NCBI GenBank assembly: GCA_028023455.1 | Contig: JAQFVV010000006.1 | Location: 12,586,001-12,650,000, forward strand | Length of the DNA: 64,000 bases | Reading direction: 5' to 3' | From: Epiperipatus broadwayi | Lineage: Eukaryota; Animalia; Onychophora | Shown here: one piece after another, positions 51,892 through 64,000 of the stretch | Numbering within the stretch: the stretch's first letter is position 1 | How the letters are laid out: each line of letters begins with the position of its first letter | Program-made: the position numbers and the translations under genes | The notes under the pieces: generated by a model | The model's database searches: none | Told to the model about the DNA's origin: nothing | The model's input: the letters and a program-made list of their open reading frames with translations, nothing else

Positions 51892-52160
51892 AACAAGGCA
51901 AAACTCTCCATACAGTAGTGCTACCCAGAGTAATCAATGGATGCCAGAAGGCTTGTGCATAAAATCCCTATCTAATGCCTACTCATCCAATATCCCCAGA
52001 CTAGTTTCTGGCTTTTGGCCTTTGTCAGTGATGAGCTTTGGATCTGAGAGCACTGCACTCGGGTTGGCACAGGGTGGCACTACTGTATGGAGAGTTTTGC
52101 CTTGTTTATAAACAATTATGTGCTAGTATAAGAGATGGTGATCATGTGATGCTTAATGGT
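51892..52160. mobile_element. Family A fold-back insertion A7
   Basis: Perfect 15-bp TSD ttaatataaataatt (51877-51891, 52161-52175); HHR core mutated (CUGACAA). Confidence 0.9.
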
Positions 52161-52992
52161 TTAATATAAATAATTCACACTCTGCAGTAATACATTAATA
52201 AACTGATGCTTATAAGTGATACAGGCTAGATTACAGGTGATATGCTCTCTACTTTTTCATTTATTAATAGAATTGTATTAGTTTACATATAGTTCGCTGA
52301 AAGTTTTCAGTAGTTTCCACATAACTTGAGCTACCACAAACTATAAATGTCACTGTTTATAAATTACTTACATTATCTTTATTAAAAACAATATCTACAA
52401 CAATTGTTAGTATAAGCTATGAATATGGGAACATGAAGATCCTGAAAGCGCTAAGCAATTATTAATTCATAATATAGCTTCACATATGGCATTTCAAGCA
52501 CAATACATAGATTACATTATCATTATAGAAACATTGACAGAACAAAATAGTAATACATTGAGAATCAAGAAAATGATACATTAATAGATGTTAAAAAATA
52601 TGAAATTTAAGCAAACTATAATTTGCTTAAACCAAAATTTATATATAAGTAAGCAATGGAAATTCATGAAGCTGGCATTTTGGTATTAATTAGATTACTC
52701 GACTTTTTCCATTATCTCATATTACTTGCTAAATATTTTTATAAAAATTCAAACTTTATTTAAACTTTTCAAATATATTCAGGTATTAGTAGTAGCTTAC
52801 AGATTAGTTCACAAAGCAACATTTCAAGTGATATTCTTCTTCTTTTTATTCAGGTGTTGTGAATCTGACCAGTTCAATAGTAGCAAGGAATTAAATCAGG
52901 AATATTTAGATTTATGAATATTAAATTTGAACTACACATTAATCAACTAGCCTATTCTATGTTTTGAAACCACTCTTTACCTTCTTGCTCTT

Positions 52993-53290
52993 AAATGGAG
53001 AAATCAGACCTCATAGATAAGTAGATGAAATTTCTTCTGACTGCAACTTTGACATAATAGCTTAGTTGGTTAGGTATTGCCTTAAATTCAATATTCACAA
53101 ATCTAAAAGTCCTAGGTTCGATCCCTTGTTTTTACATTCACTGGTCACACTAGCATCACCTGAAAAGAGAAAAAAGTAACACTACCCAAAACCTTGTCTT
53201 ATATACTAAGCTATATACTATTACCAATGGTTAAATATATTTGAAAAGTTTGAATTTTTCTAATGACATTTAGCAATTAATATCCAGACA
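52993..53290 (+). mobile_element. Solo P1 pLTR-like fragment (tRNA-like module plus decayed HHR region)
   Basis: Starts at the very end of the P1 ORF (tggagaaatcag..ctcatagataag); TAGCTTAGTTGG and GGTTCGATCCC boxes. Confidence 0.75.
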
Positions 53291-53960
53291 TACCTGTTCC
53301 AAATTCTACAATACTCTTCCAGAATAAAGAATAATCACCAAAAACTGATGTTTCTCATGAGACTCTGTCACATTGTGATGTTTGAAGTGAATACAGATGT
53401 CATTGTGGTGATATCTGAAGTAAGAATAAAGATTCCATATTGGTTAAAAAAGATTAGCATCTAACGATTTTTATCTAATGGAATACAATAAACCTCAAGA
53501 TAACATGGATTAATTATTATATAAAAAAATTAATGTGATTATCATCATTGATAAGATTAGTGATTTATATAATTCACACACATATATAAAGGCCTTATAC
53601 TATAAAAGATGGCACATAGACCTCACTGCTCATGATATGGAGTTCAATCCCAGTTCTAGTGGACTTGGAAATAAGTGTTTAGGACTTTTCCGGTTAGTCA
53701 ACCATGCTCAATGCCTACCATACTCAATTCAGTCATTCATCTAATTACTGGTCATTAAATGGGTATCTAGTTATTATCATCTACAGAAAGTTTCCAGAAT
53801 AACCTAGGCTATTTAGATGAATGTCTAAGTATTCTGGTTGTAAAATAAAAGTATGAAATAGCAATGCAATAGGGTTCTACTTTTAACATTGATTAGAAAA
53901 AGAGACGTGCCCAAATTCTTTGGGGGTCAAATCCATGCTGTCATTATCACCATCATTACC

Positions 53961-54600
53961 ATTAAACAATTCAAAACAAAGCAAAACTCTCCATATAGTA
54001 GTGCCATATTGTGCTAACAAGAGCAATCAATGGATGCCAGAAGGCTTGTGCATAAAATCCCTATCTAGTGCCTACTCATCCAATATCCCCAGACTAGTTT
54101 CTGGCTTGTGACCTTCATCAGTGAGGAGCCTTGGATCTGAGAGCACTGCACCTAGATCTTAGGATCTAATGCAACCCTCCAGTACCCACCTTTTAACTCT
54201 ATTTAACTACAAAACTATGAGAATGAAATTAAAAACACAATAATTAATATTTTCAATCCAAGCTCAATAGCTTATATAGTCATACGGGTCTGAACTCAAT
54301 TCAGCACCCATACATTTTGATGTCTTTGGCTCTTTAACAACCATAGCCACCATTATCCTATTAGGCAGGATTGGTGTTAAACCACTAAACATCACATGAT
54401 CACTATCTCGTACTAGCATATAATTGTTATTAAACAATTCAAAACAAAGAAAAACTCTCCATATAGTAGTGCCATCTTGTTCTGGCATCCATTGATTGCT
54501 CTTGTTAGCACAAGATGGCACTACTATATGGAGAGTTTTGCTTTGTTTTGAATTGTTTAATAACAATTATGTGCTAGTACGAGATAGTGATCATGTGATG
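53961..54600. mobile_element. Family A insertion A8: about 1.1 monomers plus inverted arm
   Basis: attaaacaattcaaaacaaag at 53961 and 54429 (period 468); inverted arm 54481-54600. Confidence 0.9.
54086..54127 (-). ncRNA. Minimal type I hammerhead ribozyme (Family A)
   Basis: Core intact; stem II GGU/GCC keeps pairing through a U-G wobble. Confidence 0.72.
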
Positions 54601-54902
54601 AATCATTATTATTATTAGCAACCACTTGTAAATGGGTATGCCTCTTCTAATTCTAGATTTTAAAAAGTAAATTTAGAGAACAAATTAAGGAAAAATAAAT
54701 CCATAAAGATTAAGTCAGAATTACAGTGCATGCTATTAAAGGATAAAAACATGGCTGCATGCCCAAACATGCAATTCCGTTATTATGAATAGCACAATGA
54801 AATAACACTACAGCACGAGGACTCACAAGAAATGAGTTTTATATTAACCTAAAGGACTGAAAATTATAAGAGAAAAAATGTAAAAAATAAAAGAATGGCA
54901 AA

Positions 54903-55422
54903 TAAACAATAACAAATTCTCCATGTTGTAGTATCATCTAGTGCAAGCTTTAGTAATCAAGGAATGCAAAAAGGTTTGTGCATAAAATCCCTATCTAATA
55001 CCTAGTCATCCAATGTCTCCAACCTAGTTTCCAGTTTGTGGCTTTCATCAGGTTATCATGCCTGGATCTGAGAGCATTGGACCCTAGATCTTAGGCTCGA
55101 ATGCAACCATGCAACAGTCACCTTTTATCTGTTTAGTTAATTATAAAGCTATGAGCTGAAGATAAAAACATAATAATGTTTTCAATTCAAAATTATTCAT
55201 TTGTATAACCATATAAATCTAAACCCCCTGATGAAAGCCACAAGCTAGAAACTAATCTGGGGATATTGGATGAGTAGGTATTGGATAGGGATCTTTCATA
55301 CAAACCTTCTTGCAGCCATTGATTATTAAGGCTAGCATTGGGTGGCATCTGATGTATGGAGAGTTTGCAAATGTTTTAACAGCTTGTGTAAGAATGGTGA
55401 TCATGTGATGTTTTAGTGGTTT
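54903..55422. mobile_element. Family A fold-back insertion A9 (older, diverged)
   Basis: Degraded arm to ~55225, inverted arm from 55226; flanks gaatggcaaa and gaatagcaaa. Confidence 0.8.
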
Positions 55423-55626
55423 GAATAGCAAAGAATACATTAATACATATGCTTGCATTTTGGATATGTTGCCACTTCTATAAACTCCAGTCTTAGTATT
55501 AATATGAAAAAATAGTTTAATAATAAATATTATGTTTAATCTTTCAGCTATGCCTACAACCCAAGGTCTGAATCCAGATGATATTCAGAACTTTCCTCAG
55601 ATCTCAAGAAACTATGGATCTCTCAT

Positions 55627-55975
55627 ATTGAAACAGGCAAAAACTCTCCATATAGTAGTGCCACCTTGTGCTAACCAGAGTAATCAATGGATTCCAGAAG
55701 GCTTGTGCATAAAATCCCTATCTAGTGCTTACTCATCCAATATTCCCAGACTAGTTTCTGGCTTGTGGCCTTCGTCAGAGAGGAGCCTTGGATCTTGGAG
55801 CACTGCACCTAGATATTAGGATCTAAAGCAACTCTCCAGCAGTCACCTTTTATAATTACAAAACTATGAGACTTAAATTGAAAATACTAATATTTTTAAT
55901 CCAAGCTCATCAGCTTATATAGTCATATAGGTCTGAACTCAGTTCAGTACCTATACATTTTGGGGTCATTAGTTC
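55627..55975 (-). mobile_element. Family A single-arm copy A10
   Basis: Colinear with 14708-15060; HHR stem I partly disrupted. Confidence 0.88.
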
Positions 55976-56546
55976 TTTCATACAGATAATCATTTAATTG
56001 TTAACCATCCAAAGCAACACAGTACACATTTATATGAAGAAAAAAAAAGTTACAAATGAAAACACATTTAAAGCAAATTAAATTTGAATTTTAAAATAAA
56101 ATTTCAAATATACTTAATAATTTTTAATAAAAAATTTGCATTTTTTTTTAATTGTCATGTTGAATAAATACAGTTCAGATATCATCTATTAACTCTAATT
56201 TCATGCAATGCAATTAACCTTAATTTAGTTTTATTACAGGTGTAATCGAACACTTTCCTCTTGATTTACTGTTTTACTATAATCATTAAAAATCTATGGG
56301 AAACTGTTTAAAATAATTAAACAATAAAAGACAATCCAAACGTTCATATAAATTCATTATATACATATAGACAACGTTACGGTATTAAATTACATAATTA
56401 ATATCATTTATAACAAAAAATAATGGAAGATAATTTATTTAAGCTTACCATTGTATCAATAATTCTTCTTAAAGAAATATGATCGTTTTTAGAAAATGTT
56501 ATTAAAGTTTAGTTAAATATTATCAGCTGATATAAAGTTAAAACAC

Positions 56547-57169
56547 AGCCTTGTAATTGATAGAGTTAATTGGTTCAATAATATTTAGAGTCAATTTAAA
56601 TACCTTGGGGCAGTCAAGCGTTGTTAGCCGAAATGTCAGCGCAGCTGCCTTGCAAGCAAGCAGTTGGTTCCAGACGGTTGTTGCGAAAATATAGCCTTGT
56701 AATTGATAGAGTTAATTGGTTCAATAATATTTTTGAGTCAATTTAAATACCTTGGGGCAGTCAAGCGTTGTTAGCCGAGAGGTCAGCGCAGCCGCCTTGC
56801 AAGCAAGCACAACTTGGTTGCAGACGGTTGTTGCGAAAACATAGCCTTGTAATTGATAGAGTTAATTGGTTCAATAATATTTAGAGTCAATTTAAATACC
56901 TTGGGGCATTCAAGCGTTGTTAGCCGAAATGTCAGCGCAGCTGCCTTGCAAGCAAGCAGTTGGTTCCAGACGGTTGTTGCGAAAATATAGCCTTGTAATT
57001 GATAGAGTTAATTGGTTCAATAATATTTAGAGTCAATTTAAATACCTTGGGGCATTCAAGCGTTGTTAGCCGAAATGTCAGCGCAGCAGCCTTGCAAGCA
57101 AGCTGTTGGCTGCAGATGGTTGTTTCTGGTTCGCCTCCCGGCCGATGCTATGACATATGGGAAAAAAAT
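56547..57169 (+). repeat. Tandem array (4 x 146-150 bp) of flank plus 5' part of the tRNA-Gly SINE; only the last unit is complete
   Basis: agccttgtaattgatagag at 56547, 56693, 56843 and 56989; only the last unit ends with GGTTCGCCTCCCGGCCGATGCTATGACATATGGGAAAA. Confidence 0.92.
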
Positions 57170-57594
57170 ACCTCGGGGCAGAACATAAAGATAGAATGAG
57201 CTCAATAAAATATTATATAGAAATTGGGAAAGCTTCAGGCAGTGGTGACGTTGCAGATGTCAATGTTAATGGGTCGCATCTCAATTCTGCAACTTCAGTT
57301 GGTTGAATTTTTTTTTGATTATTTTTAAAGCTTGGATAAGCATTAGAGTAGAAATTAAATGGTAGATTTGTGCTTCTGAATAGCTAATTTGTAAATATCA
57401 ACAATAATAAAAAATTGAATGAGAATTGTAATACTTAAAAAAGATTTAAATAAATGTAGGAAGTTATTTGTACCACCGAATCTTCCTTTGAATATTAAAT
57501 ACAGGGGATTTGAACTCAGACTTTCAAACACCCTTCAACTATCCATACTATCTTATGCCACTGATACACATAACCACATACATGTAAAAAAGAT

Positions 57595-58093
57595 AAATAA
57601 TCACCAATATATGTATTTCATACTAAACCAGCACTCATCAGTTGGTCCAGATTATCATCTCCCACACACATATATAATCAGTGTTCAGTTTATATTAAGA
57701 TAGCAAGTCTTCATATTTTAATGGACATGCTTCAATCCACTCCAACTCTTCAGCCATTCATAACATTGAAAATCTGATGATGGAAAGCCCAAATCCCATG
57801 CGAATATTAAATACCAGAAATACTTTTAATGATCAAGATGAAATAATCACCAATATACGTATTTCATACTAAACCAGCACTCATCAGTTGGTCCATATTA
57901 TCATCTCCCAACACACATATAATAATCAGTGTTCGGTTTATATTAAGATAGCAAATCTTCATACTTTAATGGACATGCTTCAATCCACTCCAACTCTTCA
58001 GCCATTCATAACATTGAAAAATCTGATGATGGAAAGCCCAAATCCCATGCTGAATATTAAATACCAGAAATACTTTTAATGATCAAGATGAAA
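57595..58093. repeat. 246-bp tandem duplication
   Basis: aaataatcaccaatata at 57595 and 57841; near identical. Confidence 0.95.
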
Positions 58094-59499
58094 TTTCTCA
58101 TGTGAAAATCTGATACTATTCATTAGTTCCAGAAGACAAATATTTGGAAGCTAGTAATCTTCTTCACCTTATAATAATTTTGCATCAACAAATAACATTT
58201 GTATACAAATATTCTTAGAAAACGATTATAGATTCACTTGTGTACTTCAGACAAATATAAACAGATTAATCACAAGACTATTTATGGTGACTAGTAAATG
58301 CACTGTGATAAATAATATAATGAATATTATTAATAGGTTTCAATGTTGAAACTTCCTAAAATAGGGAATTTGTGGTATTAGTGATACCTATTTTAATCTG
58401 TTACTTCCTTAATATAAAAAAAAAAACACTGTAGAGGATATGAGAAAAACGGGTAGATAAGGAAAACAGTTGATTAATGATCATAGAGATAAAAAATAGC
58501 TATGAGTATGAGAAGAGTAAAACAAGAGAAGAGAAGCTTGGAAAATGGTGGCTCATTTTAATAGTCGAGATCTGCTTTTTGGTTGATATCCAATGTCACA
58601 CTTATAAAAAAAGCCACAGCAGTAAATAGTGTTTTTAATGCCACCCAATTGTTTATTTATTTTTCAAATCAAGATTAATCATATATTCATAATAGTAAGA
58701 AAATCAATCATGTATCACGTGATTTAATTTAATAAGCTTGTATTGCAAATGTAATATAATGAGCATGTTAATACCCCAAAACCGGTTTGGGGATGGAGAT
58801 AATTCTAGATAGAGATTTTAAATGCTTTCTCTTGCAGCATCTATTGGGAAAGTGTATTTAGAGCTATTAGCATGTTCATTCTATTACATATGTAATGCTT
58901 ATTAAATTAAGTCATGTGATATATGACTTGATTTCCTTCCTATTGTAGTTTGGCTTTTGAGGCTTTGGTGATGTTATATTGCTAAGGCTATTAATATATG
59001 TTGAATCTGAACTTAGTTCAGTCCCATATGGCTATTTAAGTTAAATAGCTGAATTTGAAGACATATAGATGTCTGAAATTTTCAGATTTTTTACTTAATA
59101 GTTAAATATTAGATAAATGCTGGGCTTGAATTAGTATTTTTAGATCTAGCGTCTGAATGTCCTAGTGCTTCACACAAACTGGAAGCTGGTTTGAGATAGG
59201 GATAATTCTAGATAGAGATTTTAAATACTTTCTCTTGTGGCATTTATTGGAAGCTTGTTTAGAGCTATTAGCATGCTCATTACATATCATATGTTCACAT
59301 CTAATATCAAATGTTGCATAAAATTGTGATAATTATAGATTCCTATAAATTTCTAACATGCTTTATACATTGCGTTATTAATTTTTTGTATATAGACAGA
59401 AACCAAATATTGATTATCTAAGGAAATGAATTGCTACAGCAGTCTTGCATAAAATGTTACCATAAGTTGGCATCAAAGTATAAGAATAATGAAAATCAT

Positions 59500-60560
59500 C
59501 AGATATATCACAGCTAGTAACAGTATTTTTTATACCAAGGAATTAACAGATTAGACTAGGTATCATTATCATGAGAAATTTCATATTTCAGGATGTTCCA
59601 GCATCAATAATATTCATTATATTATTGACCACAGTGCTTTTACCAGTCATCGTAAATATTTCTGCAATGATATTTGTTTAAAGTAAATCTGTTGATCTAT
59701 TATTGATTCTTAATACATAAGAGGTATTTGGATACAAATTTAATTTATTTAGGTTCCAGACAATAATAATATGATACATAGAGAAGGTTGCCAATTTCTG
59801 AATATTTCTACCAAGCTTCTGGGGTTAATGAATAATGGTTAATCTTCACCTGAGTAAGAAATTTCATCATTAGGAATGTTTTTGATATTTGATATTCATA
59901 GCATAAAGAAAAAGTAAGGATTCTTTGTCCAAAACACTTAAGAATTGACACTTCTAGGTGCGTTCAGTTGAGAATGGAAAACATAATTTCTTGGAATTTT
60001 AGAGGATTTGGAACACTAAATTTTCTTCAGAATTGCATTCAATTTGGTATTACAAGATGCTAAATAAACTAAAGATCTACCCTATAATATTTGTAGATGT
60101 TCTTGTGTTTCGTGGTTTGGGTTATAGAGTCATTGTAAAATTAGCCATTAACTTTTTTTTCTCAGAAACTTTCATTTTCTGTATTAGAAGGGTCATATCC
60201 ATTTATGATCATCAAAATGATAATGATATGTATCAGTGAGATTTTGCTTGATAGATGCGACTATTGTATTTTATCCAGCAATGGAAGAATATATACAAAC
60301 AAAGTGATTATACAGAAAGTGGCTTATTGGTTTTATGCTGGGTTTGGGAAAAAACAAGGGGGATTTAGATATAAAGGCTATGGAGTTGACAAAACAAAGA
60401 TTATGTTGCGGAAATGGGATGGAGCAGGACAGAGAAGAATATGGGAAAACTTACGGTGGGGAATGGAAAGCGAAGTCAAAGTGGCTAATCGGTTTCTCTG
60501 GACATAGTTGCTGAGAGATTCCTGACTCTGTATAAGGAGAAGTCACGGTGCATCACATCA
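59500..60560 (-). mobile_element. Degraded L1-like ORF2 (start of RT) remnant
   Basis: RNWQPSL and YVLESIIDQQIYF resemble the NWRPISL and L..II..Q.GF motifs of L1 RT; many stops. Confidence 0.4.
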
Positions 60561-62379
60561 TATCACAACATTTTTGTTAAAATTTTTCTTTTAATTTCAA
60601 ATTTTGTCTGGTTTCAGTCTTTTTACAATAAATAATAATGTTTGTTTACAGTGGTATTCTGTTGACTAATTTTGTAGTTGTTTTGATTGCAGTTAATGTA
60701 AATGTGGTTTTTATTTATACCAAAGTATTTCTAAAATTTATGTGACAATTTACATTTTTTTTAAAGTAAGGATTATTTCGATATACTTGCAACTTTTATT
60801 CCCTCACATGCTACCTCACACATGAATAAAAACATTTGAAAAAAGGTTATTTATCTTTTTCAGATTCCTTTAATCACATGTTTAAAAGGCTGGTGATGTA
60901 ATAAAAGCTTTAAGTATATCTAAAACTTTATTCCTGGCAAAAAGAAAGATGGAATTGGATTAATGATAACATTTGGTTGTGTTATAAAAATAGATATATA
61001 AATCTTTAATTAAGTTTACAGTTCATATCTGAACTTAAGAAATGATATCATAATCTCTCACCAAATAAATGATTAATAAATAATCATTAATGATGTGAGA
61101 GCAAACCAAAATATTCAGACATGCCCTATTGGTATCACCTATCCTTTTAAAACATCTATTGCTGGTGAGTGTAAGCAAATTAATATCAATATTGCATGTC
61201 TGAATGTCTTGGGTTCTTCCCACATAATTACATATACATTGCTAATAAAAATTAATTACAGATATTCAAAGTTAAGATAGTTTAAAGTTGTGTATAGTTA
61301 AAAATAAGATCCAGTCTTTTTCATATGATGCATAGAATTAAATTTGTACAAATACTTTGTCATTTGAATTATGAGGCTTGTAAGAGAATCAAGACCTGAA
61401 TTAAGCATGGTCAATAGATGTTGGTTTATATAATAAGTCTAAGCATAGATGATCCACTACGCTTTTAAAACATCTATTGATAGGTGAGTGCAAGCAAATT
61501 AATACCAATAGCACTTGTCTGAATGTTTTGGCTTGCTCCCACATGATTGCATATAAATCACTGATAACAATTAATAAACATTAATATATTTTTTAAAATA
61601 GATTGTGCCATATGTGTGAATGCAAGACATTTGACACTTGTAAATTAAATTGTAGGAAGGTTTATTTGTTGTATTTTTTTGTTTAAATTCATAGGTGGCG
61701 CAAACCATTAATAGTATCTTTTTATCCTGGTATAATTTAGTGCATTGGATGAATATCAGATTCGGAAGTATAAGATTCTTATACGGTTCTCAGACTAATT
61801 CCAGTATTGGTACTTTTCCTGTGTGGGTGTGTGTGGATGGGGGGAGGTTTTTAGGAATGCACATTTTGCTATGGAAACAAGTCAATTCTGAAAATTTAAT
61901 AAGTCACATGCCCTGGAGGATTTAATACAATAGTAAATTGACATATATGAACGCTAAAGGAAAGTAAAAAGATATCCTGTTTGGGATCCAGTTCCTATCT
62001 TCTTATTTGAAAGACCCTAATGAAACTTCATCCATGTTAGTAATATTTTATTTTTATAATTGAACAATTTTTATATCATATATTGGCTATTTTTGCATTA
62101 TTTATTACAACTGGAAGCTTTCAAATGATAGACATTTTAAACATTAATATTTGAATTTTTCAAAACAGAAAAATAAATTATTAAATGGAGTTCTTAACTA
62201 TAACAATAGCACTAATGGCTGCAATATTGTCTATTCATAAAATTTATAGAATGAAATATTTCTAATTACGTACTGTTTGATTAATGGCATTGTTTATGTG
62301 TTAAAACACATAAAAATGCTGTTTACAGGCCCAACTTTTCCCCAAAAAAATTTATTTAACGAATTTTAGTATGATTTAC

Positions 62380-63110
62380 AAGTTACAATAAAGTGTACAG
62401 GTTTGAATTTGAACTTTGATCTGTGAGGCGTTTTGATTGTTCATATGTCCCAGTTGGGACCATCTCAATGTTCATAAAGTTCTCTTTTTGTGGGTGATGT
62501 TTGCCTAATATTGAAGCACAAGGTTGTGCATATGCTATGATTTGTATCTTGTGGGTTGTTTGCGGTTGAGTTGTCACTTATACTATTACTGCGGTATTGG
62601 AATCTCAAAGAGTTTTCAAGTGTCGTCAAAGGTATTGCTGGAGGAAAGTATTTGATCTCTTTTCTTTATTTGGGTTAGGGTGTTGATGAAGGTGAGAGCC
62701 AGGTTTTGACTTGAATCCTCAATTGCTAGTTGACAGCAGACCAGCCATAATGAGAAAGTGAGGAAAATGACCAGTCGGATCCAGGCGAAGGTTTTTGTGC
62801 CTAGGCATCTTTGAATAGAGGTGATCATGTTGTAGTTTATTTTAGAGTTAGAGTAAATTAACTGTCTGATGCAGTTGTACTTAGGGCATATGTTAATGAT
62901 ATTGTTGACTGTTTCCTCCTCTCGCTGACAGAATTGACATTGGGGATACATGCTGTCATGGCCTCTTCTGTACACTAGAAACAATCTAGTGAGAAGTGCA
63001 TTTAGGTTTAACTTTATCACAAAGTTGAGATATTTGGCTTCCAGGCTACAGAATCCAACTTTTCATTGCAAAACAGCATAATTTTCTAAAATGGAATAAT
63101 TACATTTTTA
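62380..63110 (-). mobile_element. L1/Tx1-like LINE 3' end (zinc-knuckle region)
   Basis: ORF 62616-63020 LNALLT...YRRG...CQFCQREEETVNNIINICP; homologous to 36150-36470. Confidence 0.7.
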
Positions 63111-63640
63111 AATTACATTTCAGCGCATGTTGACATTTTTCAAACTAGTTTTAAACAATTTATGAACCAACATTATTTTCTAAAATGGAATACTTATAGT
63201 TTTAAATTACATGTGCATGGCTGGGGACTGATGGTTTTGCCAATCCAAAGGATTGCCCAAAAGATGCAGTACTCTGATCAAACCAACCTTACAATTTTCC
63301 AAAACAACGTGCAATTTTAGTTGTCTCATAGCTGCTCTTTATCTGCAAAAAGACATTATTATAAACATCACAGGTCAACATTCTGCAAAATATTTGTAAA
63401 CAATTTATGAACCAACATTATTTTATAAAATGTAAGAATTAAATTGTTCTGAAATTGAATAATTACATTTTAAAATTACATTATAAATGTCAGTGCATAG
63501 CACTGGAATGTGCAGGGCTGGAGATTGATGTTTTTGACGATCCAAAGGATTGTCCAAAAAATGCAGTAGTCTGATCAAATCAAGCTTCTGATTTCCAAAA
63601 CAATGTGCAACATCAGCCATTTAATGTCTCATAGCTGCTC
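63060..63640. repeat. Diverged local direct duplication
   Basis: aaacaatttatgaaccaacattatttt, ccaaaggattg.ccaaaa..atgcagta and tctcatagctgctct each occur twice, 240-300 nt apart. Confidence 0.75.
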
Positions 63641-64000
63641 TCATACAAACGTGCCTTTTTGCATGAATTCTGTGAAACTGTGCTTGTTCCTACATGTTTG
63701 CAATTTTTTTTACATTCCAAGCTATGTAGGGAAGCACAACAATGAGCTTACAATTATTAGTATGTAATACTATATCAAGTAGGGTATTAGATCATTACTT
63801 CAAATCCAAATTACAAGAGTTATGGTCAGTTGAATTCTGTACACCCTCACATGATACAGTAGCGATCTGTGAAATGTGTGCATTGGCATAGTGTCGCAGA
63901 GCACACCAGTGCCATAATATTTGTGTGCAATGCAATATAGGCCCTCAACAGCTAATATGAACATCACTGTTCTATAGGCTGTAAACTTCAGGCCATGTAA

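Noticed and set aside
57595-58260. L1 endonuclease N-terminus on the minus strand
   Set aside because: NICLLE and FAILI similarities are weak, and the position is out of order relative to the RT remnant at 59.5-60.5 kb.
58930-59180. Very old Family A relative (ctgaacttagttcag palindrome)
   Set aside because: Only one short shared motif; no HHR or ends recognisable.

Overview
Very AT-rich, repeat-dense eukaryotic (invertebrate-like) genomic DNA with no complete host gene recognisable; only a few weak candidate exons. The window is dominated by retroelement material. (1) At least three families of Penelope-like elements (PLEs): a near full-length but disrupted RT plus GIY-YIG copy at ~43.7-46.1 kb, a second decayed copy, truncated copies, and two other GIY-YIG families. 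(2) About twelve copies of a ~450-470 nt non-coding repeat (called Family A here) carrying a minimal type I hammerhead ribozyme (HHR). Most copies are fold-back (inverted-repeat) insertions with 10-16 bp target-site duplications (TSDs), and some contain more than one monomer in tandem, which makes this a retrozyme or solo-pLTR candidate. (3) Four or five further HHR-like motif families, including a U3-A8 core variant and a PLE 3' region that joins a tRNA-like module to a decayed HHR. (4) tRNA-derived SINEs, RTE and L1-like LINE remnants, one hAT-like MITE, and local tandem duplications. All assignments come from reading the sequence by eye; no searches or folding were run, and coordinates of degraded elements are approximate.
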